Part shown: positions 17,150 through 25,960 of the stretch, one piece after another | Numbering within the stretch: the stretch's first letter is position 1 | Layout of the letters: the number at the start of each line of letters is the position of its first letter | Virus record (IMG/VR): IMGVR_UViG_3300028883_000002 | DNA from: a virus | Length of the DNA: 64,000 bases | Direction: 5' to 3' (one strand) | Program-made: the position numbers and the translations under genes | Notes under the pieces: model-generated | The model's input: only the letters and a program-made list of their open reading frames with translations | Told to the model about the DNA's origin: nothing | Databases searched by the model: none

Positions 17150-17695
17150 ATGAAGCGGAATATTCTCATTGTTTGTTTGATTTGCCTCTGCGCTCTCGTT
17201 ATGATGGGTGCAGATAGTTGCAGCGGAGAAGGTGGCGACGAGTCGAAGAGCTTTATGGCAGAATCGCAGCACACGGAAGACAATCACGCAACGCTCGTTG
17301 CGGCTGTTCCTGCGCCACTTCTCGATACTTCTCTTGAGCGCGTTCAACTTAAGAAGAGGTTGATTCGTTTCAACGACGAGAACAAGATTAGTTACATCTA
17401 CCTGATTGACCGTGGCGTTATAATGGCACATTACGTTATCAAGGGCAAGGTTTCCAGCGTTAATAGTAAGCTCACAACGCAGGAAAAGATTGTTGACGAC
17501 CCTTGGCGTTATCGTTCAGGCGGAAAGGTTGTAGAGAGTCCTGCTTTGGATGGTTCATACGGAACAAACGGGGATGCTGTCTTCTTCTACTTGGCAGAAA
17601 ATGACGCTTACGTTGAGTGGAACGGAACGTATCTCCTGTTTGACCAGCCGATGAGAATGACTACGCAGCCCATTCTCGTCCAGACTGTAAACTAG
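17150..17695 (+). CDS. secreted or lipoprotein-like hypothetical protein
   Basis: Signal-peptide-like N-terminus MKRNILIVCLICLCALVMMGADSC. Confidence 0.65.
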   Translation: MKRNILIVCLICLCALVMMGADSCSGEGGDESKSFMAESQHTEDNHATLVAAVPAPLLDTSLERVQLKKRLIRFNDENKISYIYLIDRGVIMAHYVIKGKVSSVNSKLTTQEKIVDDPWRYRSGGKVVESPALDGSYGTNGDAVFFYLAENDAYVEWNGTYLLFDQPMRMTTQPILVQTVN

Positions 17696-17810
17696 AAAAT
17701 TCCGGGGAAGGGAGAGGGAGTTGATAAAGGAACGGGGGCCTTTTCTTCTCCTTCTCCCACCGGATGTGAAAGGTGGTGAACGTAACGAAAGCATTTAACA
17801 GGATTCTCAG

Positions 17811-17833
17811 AAAACCCAGAGGTATTTTCTAAA
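17811..17833 (+). promoter_or_regulatory. conserved leader/promoter motif, copy 4
   Basis: AAAACCCAGAGGTATTTTCTAAA before ATG 17834, which opens only a 25-codon ORF. Confidence 0.45.
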
Positions 17834-17898
17834 ATGACTGTTGCATCAGTCAGTAATTCCGTTTCTGTCAGATTGAAAATTAAATCTGGGAGGATAGA

Positions 17899-18048
17899 AT
17901 GGCTTATATAAAGCCGCTTCCAACAGTTAATGAAATCTACCACGCAGTTGAAAAGCTAGGAGATGAAAAGGTAGAAACGATTCAGAAGCTATGTGAGGGA
18001 GTTCTTGCACGGAGGAAAATGAAAAAAGAAGAGGAACAAAGTAAATGA
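17899..18048 (+). CDS. hypothetical protein, 49 aa
   Basis: Read by eye: GGGAGG RBS, ATGA overlap with the next gene. Contains repeat copy 1. Confidence 0.5.
   Translation: MAYIKPLPTVNEIYHAVEKLGDEKVETIQKLCEGVLARRKMKKEEEQSK
17912..17995 (+). repeat. 84-nt perfect direct repeat, copy 1
   Basis: Identical to 18333-18416 (offset 421 nt). Confidence 0.9.
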
Positions 18049-18380
18049 CAATTGGAGAAATGATTGAGAAAGAACGGAAAGACAACTTTCTTAATCCTCT
18101 AACGGAAACCGAGTGGAGATTTCTTGAGCATCTTTTAAGGAAGGCTTTACTATTCGATAGAGAATATAAGCAAGAAGACTTCGCTGACGTTCTCGCAGCT
18201 TTGAGAGAAGTTGTCGAAGAGTGTATTACATGGGAAGTTCCTCAAACTGACGGGGAGGGTTCATTCACAAAAGACACGGCACTCGGAAGAGCTTGGTTAA
18301 TTCTCGACAGATACCATGTTAATCTACCACCCAGCCGCTTCCAACAGTTAATGAAATCTACCACGCAGTTGAAAAGCTAG
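18045..18380 (+). CDS. hypothetical protein (3' end runs into repeat copy 2 in a different frame)
   Basis: ORF track. Confidence 0.6.
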   Translation: MTIGEMIEKERKDNFLNPLTETEWRFLEHLLRKALLFDREYKQEDFADVLAALREVVEECITWEVPQTDGEGSFTKDTALGRAWLILDRYHVNLPPSRFQQLMKSTTQLKS

Positions 18381-18416
18381 GAGATGAAAAGGTAGAAACG
18401 ATTCAGAAGCTATGTG
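18333..18416 (+). repeat. 84-nt perfect direct repeat, copy 2
   Basis: Identical to 17912-17995. Confidence 0.9.
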
Positions 18417-18440
18417 TTGGGATGTTGCTGACAAATAAAC

Positions 18441-18517
18441 GGGCCGATATGCCAATTGGTTAGGCGACCTGTCTCATAAACAGGCGGTTGAGGGTTCGAG
18501 TCCCTCTCGGCCCACCA
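18441..18517 (+). tRNA. tRNA-Met/Ile2(CAU), elongator-type, CCA encoded
   Basis: Acceptor GGGCCGA/TCGGCCC, anticodon arm CCTGT-CTCATAA-ACAGG, T-arm GAGGG-TTCGAGT-CCCTC, then ACCA. Confidence 0.85.
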
Positions 18518-18534
18518 GAAAGGAAAAAGAAAAG

Positions 18535-18879
18535 ATGCACAGTCCAACACCGTGGAAACTTAGCGGAGCAGAACCTGACCCAACACCAGACGTAACCGAT
18601 GCAGACGGTGTTCTAATTCTCGCGTGGGATGTTGCTCCATCGTTAGATGATACAGAACATATCGTCAATTGCGTAAATGCGTGTGCAGAAAAAGGACCGA
18701 TTCGCAATCTACTTGACTTAATCCCAACAGAGTTAGAATTGATGTACGATTCTGAACACGGAACGGATGGAAAGTATTGTGGTGACGGAATAACTACTGA
18801 ACTATGTCGTTATTGCACGCTAAAGAATGCTTACGAAGCTGCTATGGCTGCTCTCAATAAGGAGCATAAAGATGGTTAA
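18535..18879 (+). CDS. hypothetical protein
   Basis: ORF track. Confidence 0.6.
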   Translation: MHSPTPWKLSGAEPDPTPDVTDADGVLILAWDVAPSLDDTEHIVNCVNACAEKGPIRNLLDLIPTELELMYDSEHGTDGKYCGDGITTELCRYCTLKNAYEAAMAALNKEHKDG

Positions 18880-19063
18880 GGTTCCGCAAGAAATATACGA
18901 TGGTCTAGAACAAATCAGAAGTTCCTGTGAAATCAATATGTTCGACAGGTCTGGAGTTCAGGCAATAGCTAACAGAGAGGAAATGTACGCGCTCGTAACG
19001 TGGATTGAGGACCACAAAGACGAGTACGTTGATGGTATCTTCAGCGGATTCGAAGCCGAATAG
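18872..19063 (+). CDS. DUF5049-like small protein
   Basis: The pattern VPQEIYDGLEQIRSSCEINMFD recurs at the N-terminus of 44527-44925 (paralog). AAGGAG RBS. Confidence 0.55.
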   Translation: MVKVPQEIYDGLEQIRSSCEINMFDRSGVQAIANREEMYALVTWIEDHKDEYVDGIFSGFEAE

Positions 19064-19071
19064 GAGTTAAT

Positions 19072-19458
19072 ATGGAAATCCTGTTAGGCCATTTGTTTGG
19101 CGACTATATGTTTCAGTCTAAACCGATGGCTCTACAGAAATCTAAGAAAGGAATCAAAGGGTTCGGTTGGTGTCTACTTCACAGTCTTCTATACACCTTC
19201 GGAATCTATGTTTTCTTTCGCGACAAACCGTGGTACATTTACGTTACAATTGCGGTTACTCATTTCCTGATTGATAGATACAGATACGGACTCAAATGGC
19301 TGTATCTAATAAATGGGAGGGACTATACGAAACTACCAGAAATGGGGATATGGTACGAAACGGAAATCACATTCAACTGTCTTGTATATACCGTCGTTGA
19401 CAATACTCTCCATCTGCTAGTTTTGTGGTGGCTATTGGCTCAACCATTAGCGGGATAA
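19072..19458 (+). CDS. DUF3307-like membrane protein
   Basis: HLFGDYMFQS start motif and several hydrophobic helices. Confidence 0.6.
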   Translation: MEILLGHLFGDYMFQSKPMALQKSKKGIKGFGWCLLHSLLYTFGIYVFFRDKPWYIYVTIAVTHFLIDRYRYGLKWLYLINGRDYTKLPEMGIWYETEITFNCLVYTVVDNTLHLLVLWWLLAQPLAG

Positions 19459-19460
19459 AT

Positions 19461-19736
19461 ATGTCAGAATGGACAAAAGAAATACCAATGATGAAGTGTG
19501 GACATACTGCTAACGGCAAGAATGAAAAGAAAGAACCAATCTGTGTTATGTGTACGCTGGCAGGAAAGCCAGAAGGAGAAGAGTTAGCAGAAGAAACTCC
19601 TGACCTTACTGGCAGAATTGCTAGATGCAAAACGTGCGGCAAAGAAACAAAATCGTCAACGGCTCTTCCATTCTTTGAACATAGACCCGGCAGAGAGAAA
19701 GACGGATACTATTGTGGTTGCTTTGGATGGGATTAA
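19461..19736 (+). CDS. Cys-rich hypothetical protein
   Basis: ORF track 19425-19736 trimmed to ATG 19461. Confidence 0.55.
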   Translation: MSEWTKEIPMMKCGHTANGKNEKKEPICVMCTLAGKPEGEELAEETPDLTGRIARCKTCGKETKSSTALPFFEHRPGREKDGYYCGCFGWD

Positions 19737-19759
19737 GAGTTAGATTATAGGGAGAAGAC

Positions 19760-20032
19760 ATGGCTAAGTGTGGGCATTGTTGCCAAGAAATGTTAGAAGC
19801 AGATTCTTGTATAAAAGTTCCAGTTACTATTTCTCCTAGCGAGAATTATGACCCAATACCTTTTGGCACAGCAAGTATGGGCTATACAGACGGCAAAGCA
19901 GATGAATTAACGGACAGATGCCCAGATTGCAATGTTGCGGTTGGCGGATATCACCATCCCGGTTGTGATTGGGAAGTCTGCCCGAAATGTAACGGACAAT
20001 TAATAAGCTGCGGGTGCATAGAACAAACATAA
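19760..20032 (+). CDS. Cys-rich hypothetical protein
   Basis: ORF track; GGGAGAAG RBS. Confidence 0.55.
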   Translation: MAKCGHCCQEMLEADSCIKVPVTISPSENYDPIPFGTASMGYTDGKADELTDRCPDCNVAVGGYHHPGCDWEVCPKCNGQLISCGCIEQT

Positions 20033-20037
20033 AACAT

Positions 20038-20115
20038 GGGGTGCTAGAGTAATATGGTCAACTCGTCGGCCTTTCAAGCCGGAGATTACGGGTTCGATTC
20101 CCGTGCACCCTACCA
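20038..20115 (+). tRNA. tRNA-Glu(UUC), CCA encoded
   Basis: D-arm GAGT/ACTC, anticodon loop CTTTCAA, T-arm ACGGG-TTCGATT-CCCGT, then ACCA. Confidence 0.8.
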
Positions 20116-20131
20116 AACCTAAGAGGTTTCT

Positions 20132-20413
20132 ATGCAACGAGTTAACTTTGTTTGTCCCGTTTGTGGCGCACAAACTTTAGAAGAAGTTTTGATTAACGTA
20201 ACAGAATCTTCTGAAGTTCTTTCAATGACGCCAGATGAGATTTCCCAACGGGACAATCCAGAGAAATGGTATGAACAATCAAGGGTAGATAGGTTTGATT
20301 GCGTTAGTTGTGAATACGTTCTCCAAATGGATAATGGAGAGAACGTAACTACTGTTAAAGAATTGTACGAATGGCTGGACAAAAAAGGAATGCTAGGACC
20401 GGAGGAAAACTAG
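20132..20413 (+). CDS. zinc-ribbon protein (CPVCG...CVSC)
   Basis: ORF track. Confidence 0.6.
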   Translation: MQRVNFVCPVCGAQTLEEVLINVTESSEVLSMTPDEISQRDNPEKWYEQSRVDRFDCVSCEYVLQMDNGENVTTVKELYEWLDKKGMLGPEEN

Positions 20414-20414
20414 C

Positions 20415-20540
20415 ATGGGAAAGAAATTCAAGTGCGACAACTGCACAAAGATGATTCGCAAGCGATATGAGATAACTGAAAACGGAAAGAAGATGAAAGT
20501 ATGTCGCGCTTGCAAAGAACGAAAAGAAGGCAAAAACTAA
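20415..20540 (+). CDS. zinc-ribbon protein, 41 aa (CDNC...CRAC)
   Basis: Read by eye; GGAGG lies 9 nt upstream. Confidence 0.5.
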   Translation: MGKKFKCDNCTKMIRKRYEITENGKKMKVCRACKERKEGKN

Positions 20541-20725
20541 AGAAATTCTCGGCCCTATTAAGATACGGACATGCTGGTTCAGGTAGGTACGCGGAAACAA
20601 GGAGAATCATATGGGCTAGAAATATGTTACATGCATACGATGTGTGCAAGAAGTTACCGGGAGTAAAGAAAACAAAGAATGGGAGGTTACATTCAGTAAT
20701 CTCCATTGAAGAAATGAGGAATTGA
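20501..20725 (+). CDS. hypothetical protein (start uncertain)
   Basis: ORF track. It overlaps the previous small ORF by 40 nt. Confidence 0.4.
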   Translation: MSRLQRTKRRQKLKKFSALLRYGHAGSGRYAETRRIIWARNMLHAYDVCKKLPGVKKTKNGRLHSVISIEEMRN

Positions 20726-20726
20726 T

Positions 20727-20996
20727 ATGGCAACTCAGTTCTCAAATAAAGAGAAAGAAATCAGTAGAGAAGAAGTCTTCGAGATACTCGAAGCACAAGT
20801 TAAGAGCAAGAAGACACTCAAAAAGTTAAAGAAAAAGATTAAGCCAAGAAAGAAAATCTTCGTAATGCTAGGAAGCAAGCTAACTACTGTCCGCCATGAT
20901 GGTAAGATTGGATGGGCAAAAAGAAAAACTCTGTTGCCAGATGCTGACGATTACGATATGCACGTTGGTGTAACTATCGCAATTACAAGGCTTTAG
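20727..20996 (+). CDS. hypothetical protein
   Basis: ORF track. Confidence 0.55.
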   Translation: MATQFSNKEKEISREEVFEILEAQVKSKKTLKKLKKKIKPRKKIFVMLGSKLTTVRHDGKIGWAKRKTLLPDADDYDMHVGVTIAITRL

Positions 20997-21048
20997 AAAT
21001 TTTTTACAGCTTGGCGATTTCTTCACTCTACCCCTGAAGGAGTTTGTT

Positions 21049-21282
21049 GTGAATAAGAATCTAGGCGATGCCAAGCTCACCAGCGTGTTCAAAAACTCGG
21101 TGTTTAGTCCTATTGTTTTGGAGGAATCAGAAACAACGAAGATAACCTATGCGTGTGGAGTTATTGTCTACGAGACAAAGACAGAAAGGGGTGGCATCAA
21201 AAAGGTTTACTCACTTAGAAACACAGGAAAAGGGTTGTCAATAGAGTTAACCGGAACTATCAGACTAGGACCGGAAGAATGA
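21049..21282 (+). CDS. hypothetical protein
   Basis: GTG start behind AAGGAG. Confidence 0.5.
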   Translation: MNKNLGDAKLTSVFKNSVFSPIVLEESETTKITYACGVIVYETKTERGGIKKVYSLRNTGKGLSIELTGTIRLGPEE

Positions 21283-21476
21283 GTGACTTGAGGTTATTCA
21301 TCCACGGAATGTTGCACACAACTACCGGGAAGGTAGGAGTTGCGTTCTGGATTCTTGCTGGCATTATGTACATCATTGACATAAAAAAAGGAAAAGCATG
21401 GGGAGCTTTTGGAACTCTTTCGTTCATCATCGGATGGGCGATTCTAATCTTCCCTGTTGCTAGGGAAAACTTCTGA
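21279..21476 (+). CDS. small membrane protein
   Basis: Two hydrophobic helices; ATGA overlap. Confidence 0.55.
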   Translation: MSDLRLFIHGMLHTTTGKVGVAFWILAGIMYIIDIKKGKAWGAFGTLSFIIGWAILIFPVARENF

Positions 21477-21502
21477 GATTTATTCGGATTCCTGAGGTAA
21501 TC

Positions 21503-21781
21503 ATGGAAGAAATCAAACCGAAAGACCCAGATTTCTGGTGCAGAAAGTCTAGGGACGTAGACAATCCGTGGGAAATATGGAAAGGCTACGGTCCTCTTGA
21601 GGGCTGGGAGTGGAGAGTTCTCAAGAAGTGGCAAAGTCCAAAGAAAGAGATATGCAATCAGTATGCTCGGTGGTTCTGTGCTGTCAAAAGTCCAATGACT
21701 TACGACTCTTGGGAATATGGCGATGTGTACAGGCATGATGTGATAAACGGATACACAAAAAGAGTAGCAGTAGATTACTAG
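21503..21781 (+). CDS. hypothetical protein
   Basis: ORF track. Confidence 0.6.
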   Translation: MEEIKPKDPDFWCRKSRDVDNPWEIWKGYGPLEGWEWRVLKKWQSPKKEICNQYARWFCAVKSPMTYDSWEYGDVYRHDVINGYTKRVAVDY

Positions 21782-21834
21782 AGTACATAACCTGAACGTT
21801 CAGCGGCGAAGGCGATAACTTCAATTTCGCTAAA

Positions 21835-21873
21835 GGGCGGGTGGCGCGGAGCTTACGCTACCCGCCCTTTTTT
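21835..21873 (+). terminator. intrinsic terminator
   Basis: GGGCGGGT...ACCCGCCC stem followed by TTTTTT. Confidence 0.75.
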
Positions 21874-21888
21874 AGCCTTGGAGTTATG

Positions 21889-22338
21889 ATGCAACCTAAA
21901 TTAACAGTTGAGTTAGTTCCAAAAACTTCATGGTATTCAAACGTAAGGAGTGAAGTCTCATCTTCAACGTGGAACAAGATTAAGAAAATCACCGCAAAGG
22001 AAGCAAATTATTGTTGTGAAATATGTGGTAGCAGAGGAGACAGATGGCCCGTTGAATGTCATGAAGTTTGGGAATACGACGACAGAAATCAAATACAAAA
22101 ACTCATAGGGTTTCAAGCCCTATGTCCTAGTTGCCATAGAGTTAAACACATCGGGCTAGCTTTTGCTAGAGGAAACGCAGCTGAAGTATTAAAGCATCTG
22201 GCAAATATTAACGGGTGGACAAAATCTGAAACACAAGACTATCTTCAAGGAGTGGTTGATACTTGGAATTCAAGGTCGTCCCACAATTGGGAACTAGACC
22301 TCACTCTATTAGAAACTGAGCCTTTTAACGAAACTTAG
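21889..22338 (+). CDS. HNH-family endonuclease-like protein
   Basis: CEICG...ECHEVWEYDD...LCPSCHRVKH pattern. ORF track trimmed to the ATG after the terminator. Confidence 0.65.
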   Translation: MQPKLTVELVPKTSWYSNVRSEVSSSTWNKIKKITAKEANYCCEICGSRGDRWPVECHEVWEYDDRNQIQKLIGFQALCPSCHRVKHIGLAFARGNAAEVLKHLANINGWTKSETQDYLQGVVDTWNSRSSHNWELDLTLLETEPFNET

Positions 22339-22339
22339 C

Positions 22340-22362
22340 AAAAACCCAGAGGGATTTTTCCA
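22340..22362 (+). promoter_or_regulatory. conserved leader/promoter motif, copy 5
   Basis: AAAAACCCAGAGGGATTTTTCCA before ATG 22363. Confidence 0.5.
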
Positions 22363-22665
22363 ATGGAAACCACAAAACCTTCAGAAGTCATTCTGATGGG
22401 CGATTTTAAAAAGATGCTCAAATGTATAACAAGTGACCTTAAGCAGAACTTTGAGTTTCAGAAATACGAACAAGATATGTGGGACGAGTTCGTTAAGTGG
22501 GAAATACCAGCAGCAATGAAAAAACTGATTGGCACTTACGAACTCCCGCTAGTTTCAGAATGGACACCGGACGATTTCGCTGAATACATGCAAGTACAAC
22601 AGGCAAAGATACTACTTGCGTTTCTGTTTCATATTTGGAAAAGGCTTTGTATTCTTGAACAATAA
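22363..22665 (+). CDS. hypothetical protein
   Basis: ORF track. Confidence 0.6.
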   Translation: METTKPSEVILMGDFKKMLKCITSDLKQNFEFQKYEQDMWDEFVKWEIPAAMKKLIGTYELPLVSEWTPDDFAEYMQVQQAKILLAFLFHIWKRLCILEQ

Positions 22666-22713
22666 GTTTGTTCTCTCTACCTGAAAGGCGATGAGTTTTC
22701 GATAGGCGTTACA

Positions 22714-22743
22714 AGCTATATAATACGTTAGTATTATATAGCT
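22714..22743. promoter_or_regulatory. perfect 13-nt-arm palindrome AGCTATATAATAC-gtta-GTATTATATAGCT
   Basis: It carries TATAAT on both strands and lies in a 294-nt non-coding gap. Confidence 0.5.
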
Positions 22744-22959
22744 TAGGGGTGTAAAAAACCCCACGACAAACACTACTAACCTAAATAACCCAACATGGCT
22801 AGTGATGCAAGAGGAAAATGAAGCTAAGCGGAAAAATGTTGTTGGCTGACCAAGGGGCGAAAATAGGACTTGCATGGGGTTGGGCCTCTGACTAGGTTGT
22901 ACCTATGAGGGGTCGGCCTGTGTACCTAGGCCACCTAAGTGGTAACGGGGCAAGGTGTT

Positions 22960-23886
22960 ATGGCTAAAGGGAAAAAGTTTCCTAATACGCTTTCTGAATT
23001 TGTTGGTCAAGAAAATGTTGTAAAGCAATTGGCGGTTTCGATTCTGGCGAGTCATAAGAGCGGACATATATTACCACATATCCTGTTCACCGGACCAGCG
23101 GGTTTAGGAAAAACGACTCTGGCAGAATGTATTGCGCGAACTATCGAAGCACCAATCAAGTACGCAACAGGTGGAACAATTCGAAACCTGAATGACGTAA
23201 ACGAACTGATAGATTGGGTAAACTTAAGGGTTGGCGGAATACTTTTTATAGATGAGATTCATGCGCTACCTTCAAAGATTGAAGAGATATTCTTTCCGAT
23301 TATGCAGGACTTCAACTTCGAAGGGGATTCAGTAAACGAGTTTACATTATTAGGTGGCACAACAAACGCAGGAGATTTGAGTAAACCTCTGAGAGATAGG
23401 TTTGTCTATACATTCCAGTTGGACCATTACTCAGAGGAAGCAATCAAAATCATCCTTGCAAAGAACTGGCAGATTACACCTGAAGCAGCACATAAGTTAG
23501 CTATACGAAGTCATGGCATTCCTAGAATTGCAAAAAACTATTTGCAGATGTGCCGTGACCAAGCTATTATAGAGGATAGACACAGAGTAGAACTAAGCGA
23601 CGTAACATCTGTAATGGACCGACTTGAAATTGATGAAGAAGGATTGGGTCCGCTTGAGAGAGAGATACTTCTAATTCTATTCGAAGCACCAAAGGCAGTT
23701 GGGTTAGAGGTAATCGCATTGGCTCTCGATACAGAACCAGTAAACTTGAAACAGATACATGAACGAATCCTCTTACAAAAAGGTTACTTAGTCAGAGTGA
23801 GAAGTGGAAGAACCATTACGAAAAGAGGATTAAGGTACTTGATAGAGAAAGACCTAGTAGATTTTGAAACGGGATGCCGTAAGTGA
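22960..23886 (+). CDS. ruvB: RuvB-like AAA+ Holliday-junction helicase
   Basis: FVGQE...GPAGLGKTTLA...LFIDEIH...FTLLGGTTNAG...PLRDRF...SHGIPRIAKNYL, collinear with RuvB. Confidence 0.85.
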   Translation: MAKGKKFPNTLSEFVGQENVVKQLAVSILASHKSGHILPHILFTGPAGLGKTTLAECIARTIEAPIKYATGGTIRNLNDVNELIDWVNLRVGGILFIDEIHALPSKIEEIFFPIMQDFNFEGDSVNEFTLLGGTTNAGDLSKPLRDRFVYTFQLDHYSEEAIKIILAKNWQITPEAAHKLAIRSHGIPRIAKNYLQMCRDQAIIEDRHRVELSDVTSVMDRLEIDEEGLGPLEREILLILFEAPKAVGLEVIALALDTEPVNLKQIHERILLQKGYLVRVRSGRTITKRGLRYLIEKDLVDFETGCRK

Positions 23887-23944
23887 GGATTTCTTCGTCT
23901 ATCCTTAATGACTCCTTGAAGCCTTGCTGATTGTTGCTCTCGTT
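23868..23944 (+). ncRNA. Y-RNA-like module Y1 (compact; 5' strand overlaps the last ruvB-like codons)
   Basis: Closing helix AACGGGA/TCTCGTT, 5' loop TGCCGTA, helix AGTGAGGA/GCCTTGCT, 3' loop GATTGTTGC. Confidence 0.55.
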
Positions 23945-23955
23945 CTAAATGTATG

Positions 23956-24120
23956 GACCGGATGTCGTAGATGAGAGATACTTCGGATAAAACGCTCCCG
24001 AAGTTTAGGGGAAAAGTGGGTTCGACTTCCCGCTCTCCGCTCCAGAATCAGAAGTAATAAGCGGAGATAGTTTACGGTTGGCCTTCGGGCCTGTGCCTCT
24101 TATCGCCAATTACTCTGGTC
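23956..24120 (+). ncRNA. Y-RNA-like module Y2 with T-arm-like element
   Basis: Closing helix GACCGG/CTGGTC, 5' loop ATGTCGTA, helix GATGAGAG/CTCTTATC, internal GTGGGTTCGACTTCCCGC. Confidence 0.6.
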
Positions 24121-24131
24121 ACTATATAAAA

Positions 24132-24208
24132 GGATGGTGTCGTAGGGTAGAGTTACTTCTATAGAAAACACCTATAACAAAGGCCTCTACCCGCCTGTTA
24201 CCCATTCC
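24132..24208 (+). ncRNA. Y-RNA-like module Y3 (compact)
   Basis: GGATGG/CCATTCC, TGTCGTA vs GCCTGTTA, GGGTAGAG/CTCTACCC. Confidence 0.65.
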
Positions 24209-24241
24209 TCTAAAAAGAGGAAAAGGAAAGGGGAAAAGAAG

Positions 24242-25819
24242 ATGGCAAGATACGCGCAGAAGACTACAGGTACAAACAAGAGAGTGAATAAGGAAGGCGC
24301 AATCGCGTATGCAATGACTCCTGAAATGGAACTGTATACGCTCGTTTGCACTTCTACTCTCAAGGACAAGTTCTATACAAAGGCAGATGAAGATGTACAG
24401 AGAATTCGCAAGCTTGTTAGAAAGGTAAATCCTTTGCTTGTTGCTAAGCTTGCGGTGTACGCAAGAACACAGATGTATCTAAGAACGATTCCTTTGGTTC
24501 TTGCGGTTGAGCTTGCTAAGGTTCACTCTGAAAACATTCAGAAGGGAAAGAAGTTAGATTACCCCGCCGATATCGTTTCAAGAATGATTGCAAGTGTCAT
24601 AAGACGCGCTGATGAAATTCCAGAGCTTTTGGGGTACTACGCGCTTGCAAACGGAAGAAAGGGAACGAAGCAGCTTGGTAAGCTTTCGAAGCAAGTTCAA
24701 AAGGGATTGGGAATTTCGTTCAACAGATTCGATGAGTACGGATTTGGAAAGTACAATCGTGATACCGTGCCGTCAATGAGGGACGCATTGTTCCTTGTTC
24801 ACCCAAGACCTAAGAATGACGAGCAGCAAGCTTTGTTCCAGAAGATTGTAGACGACAATCTGGAAACTCCATACACTTGGGAGGTTGAGCTTTCAGAAGT
24901 TGGACAGGGAAAGTTTGATTCTCCTGAGGAAAAGGAAGCGGCAAAGCGCGACAAGTGGGAAGAGCTAATTGATAGCGGTAAGATTGGATATATGGCTCTG
25001 TTGAGAAATCTCAGAAACTTCCTTGACATTGGTGTATCTAATGACCATATTGATAAGGTAGCAGAGATTCTCTCAGACCCAGAACGCGTAGCAAAGTCAA
25101 AGCAGCTTCCGTTCAGATTCTATACTGCGTACAAGATGCTCAAGGACAATGCAAATCCGAATGTTGGAATCTTCCTTGACGCACTTAATACGGCAATCTG
25201 GGAATCTGTAAAGAATATTGATTGTGTGGATGAGAACGATACAGTTATGATTGCAGTTGATAAGTCAAGCTCAATGACCGGACGTTTAACTCCTTCAATG
25301 ATGTACTGTGAAGTTGGACTGTTGCTAGCTGTAATTCTCAGAAAGAAGGTTAAGAGAGTTACGCTTGGATTCTTCGGTTCCGACTTTGTTGTTTCACAGA
25401 TGCCAAAGACCGAAAACGTACTTGACGCTGTAGACAGGCTGAGCAAACAGCTTGGTGGTGGAGCAACAGAAGGTTGGCTTGTTCCCAAGTACGTTAGAGA
25501 AAATCCGAAATATGGATATAACAAGATTTTCATGTTCACCGATATGCAGTTGTGGAGCGTTGATAACAAGATAGGTTTAGGTTACGGATGGGGTTACGAT
25601 TCAAAGCTTCCCGGTGAATGGACTAAGTGCAAGGAAACCTTCGATGGAATTCAGTTGTATCTGATTGACCTTGCAGGATATGGAGATTCTCCGGTTGATA
25701 TCATGAGCAACAAGAGCGTTCTGATGGTAGCGGGATGGAGCGATAAGATTTTTAAGATGATTGGTCAGCTTTCTCGCGGCGGAACTGTTCTTAAAGAACT
25801 AGAAAAGATTGAAGTGTAG
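24242..25819 (+). CDS. rsr: Ro60/Rsr-like TROVE-domain protein with C-terminal vWA (MIDAS DxSxS)
   Basis: N-terminal ...NKEGAIAYAM...FY...LAVYARTQMYLRTIPL (TROVE pattern) and VDKSSSM MIDAS motif in the C-terminal third. Confidence 0.85.
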   Translation: MARYAQKTTGTNKRVNKEGAIAYAMTPEMELYTLVCTSTLKDKFYTKADEDVQRIRKLVRKVNPLLVAKLAVYARTQMYLRTIPLVLAVELAKVHSENIQKGKKLDYPADIVSRMIASVIRRADEIPELLGYYALANGRKGTKQLGKLSKQVQKGLGISFNRFDEYGFGKYNRDTVPSMRDALFLVHPRPKNDEQQALFQKIVDDNLETPYTWEVELSEVGQGKFDSPEEKEAAKRDKWEELIDSGKIGYMALLRNLRNFLDIGVSNDHIDKVAEILSDPERVAKSKQLPFRFYTAYKMLKDNANPNVGIFLDALNTAIWESVKNIDCVDENDTVMIAVDKSSSMTGRLTPSMMYCEVGLLLAVILRKKVKRVTLGFFGSDFVVSQMPKTENVLDAVDRLSKQLGGGATEGWLVPKYVRENPKYGYNKIFMFTDMQLWSVDNKIGLGYGWGYDSKLPGEWTKCKETFDGIQLYLIDLAGYGDSPVDIMSNKSVLMVAGWSDKIFKMIGQLSRGGTVLKELEKIEV

Positions 25820-25875
25820 CACGGTAACCAGATAACCAGAATGTATCATCGTTGCTGAGTTATCTGTAAGCCAAT

Positions 25876-25960
25876 AGCAGGGGGAGCAAAACTACACCCC
25901 CCTTTCTTGGGCCAGAAAAAGGAACGGTAACTCGGCCTATGCTCCCCTTGCTTGTTTTTG
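25876..25960 (+). terminator. long hairpin followed by TTGTTTTTG (possible rsr terminator or another structured RNA)
   Basis: AGCAGGGGGAGCA at 25876-25888 pairs with TGCTCCCCTTGCT at 25940-25952. Confidence 0.3.

Noticed and set aside
17704-17760. Terminator after gene 17150-17695 (purine-rich GGGGAAGGGAGAGGGAG vs pyrimidine-rich CTTCTCCTTCTCCC)
   Set aside because: The arms are only loosely complementary. The inner AAAGG/CCTTT hairpin has 5 bp. This is not enough support.
17834-17911. 25-codon ORF directly after motif copy 4
   Set aside because: It is very short with a low-complexity Ser/Val sequence, and it overlaps the better-supported 49-aa gene that starts at 17899.
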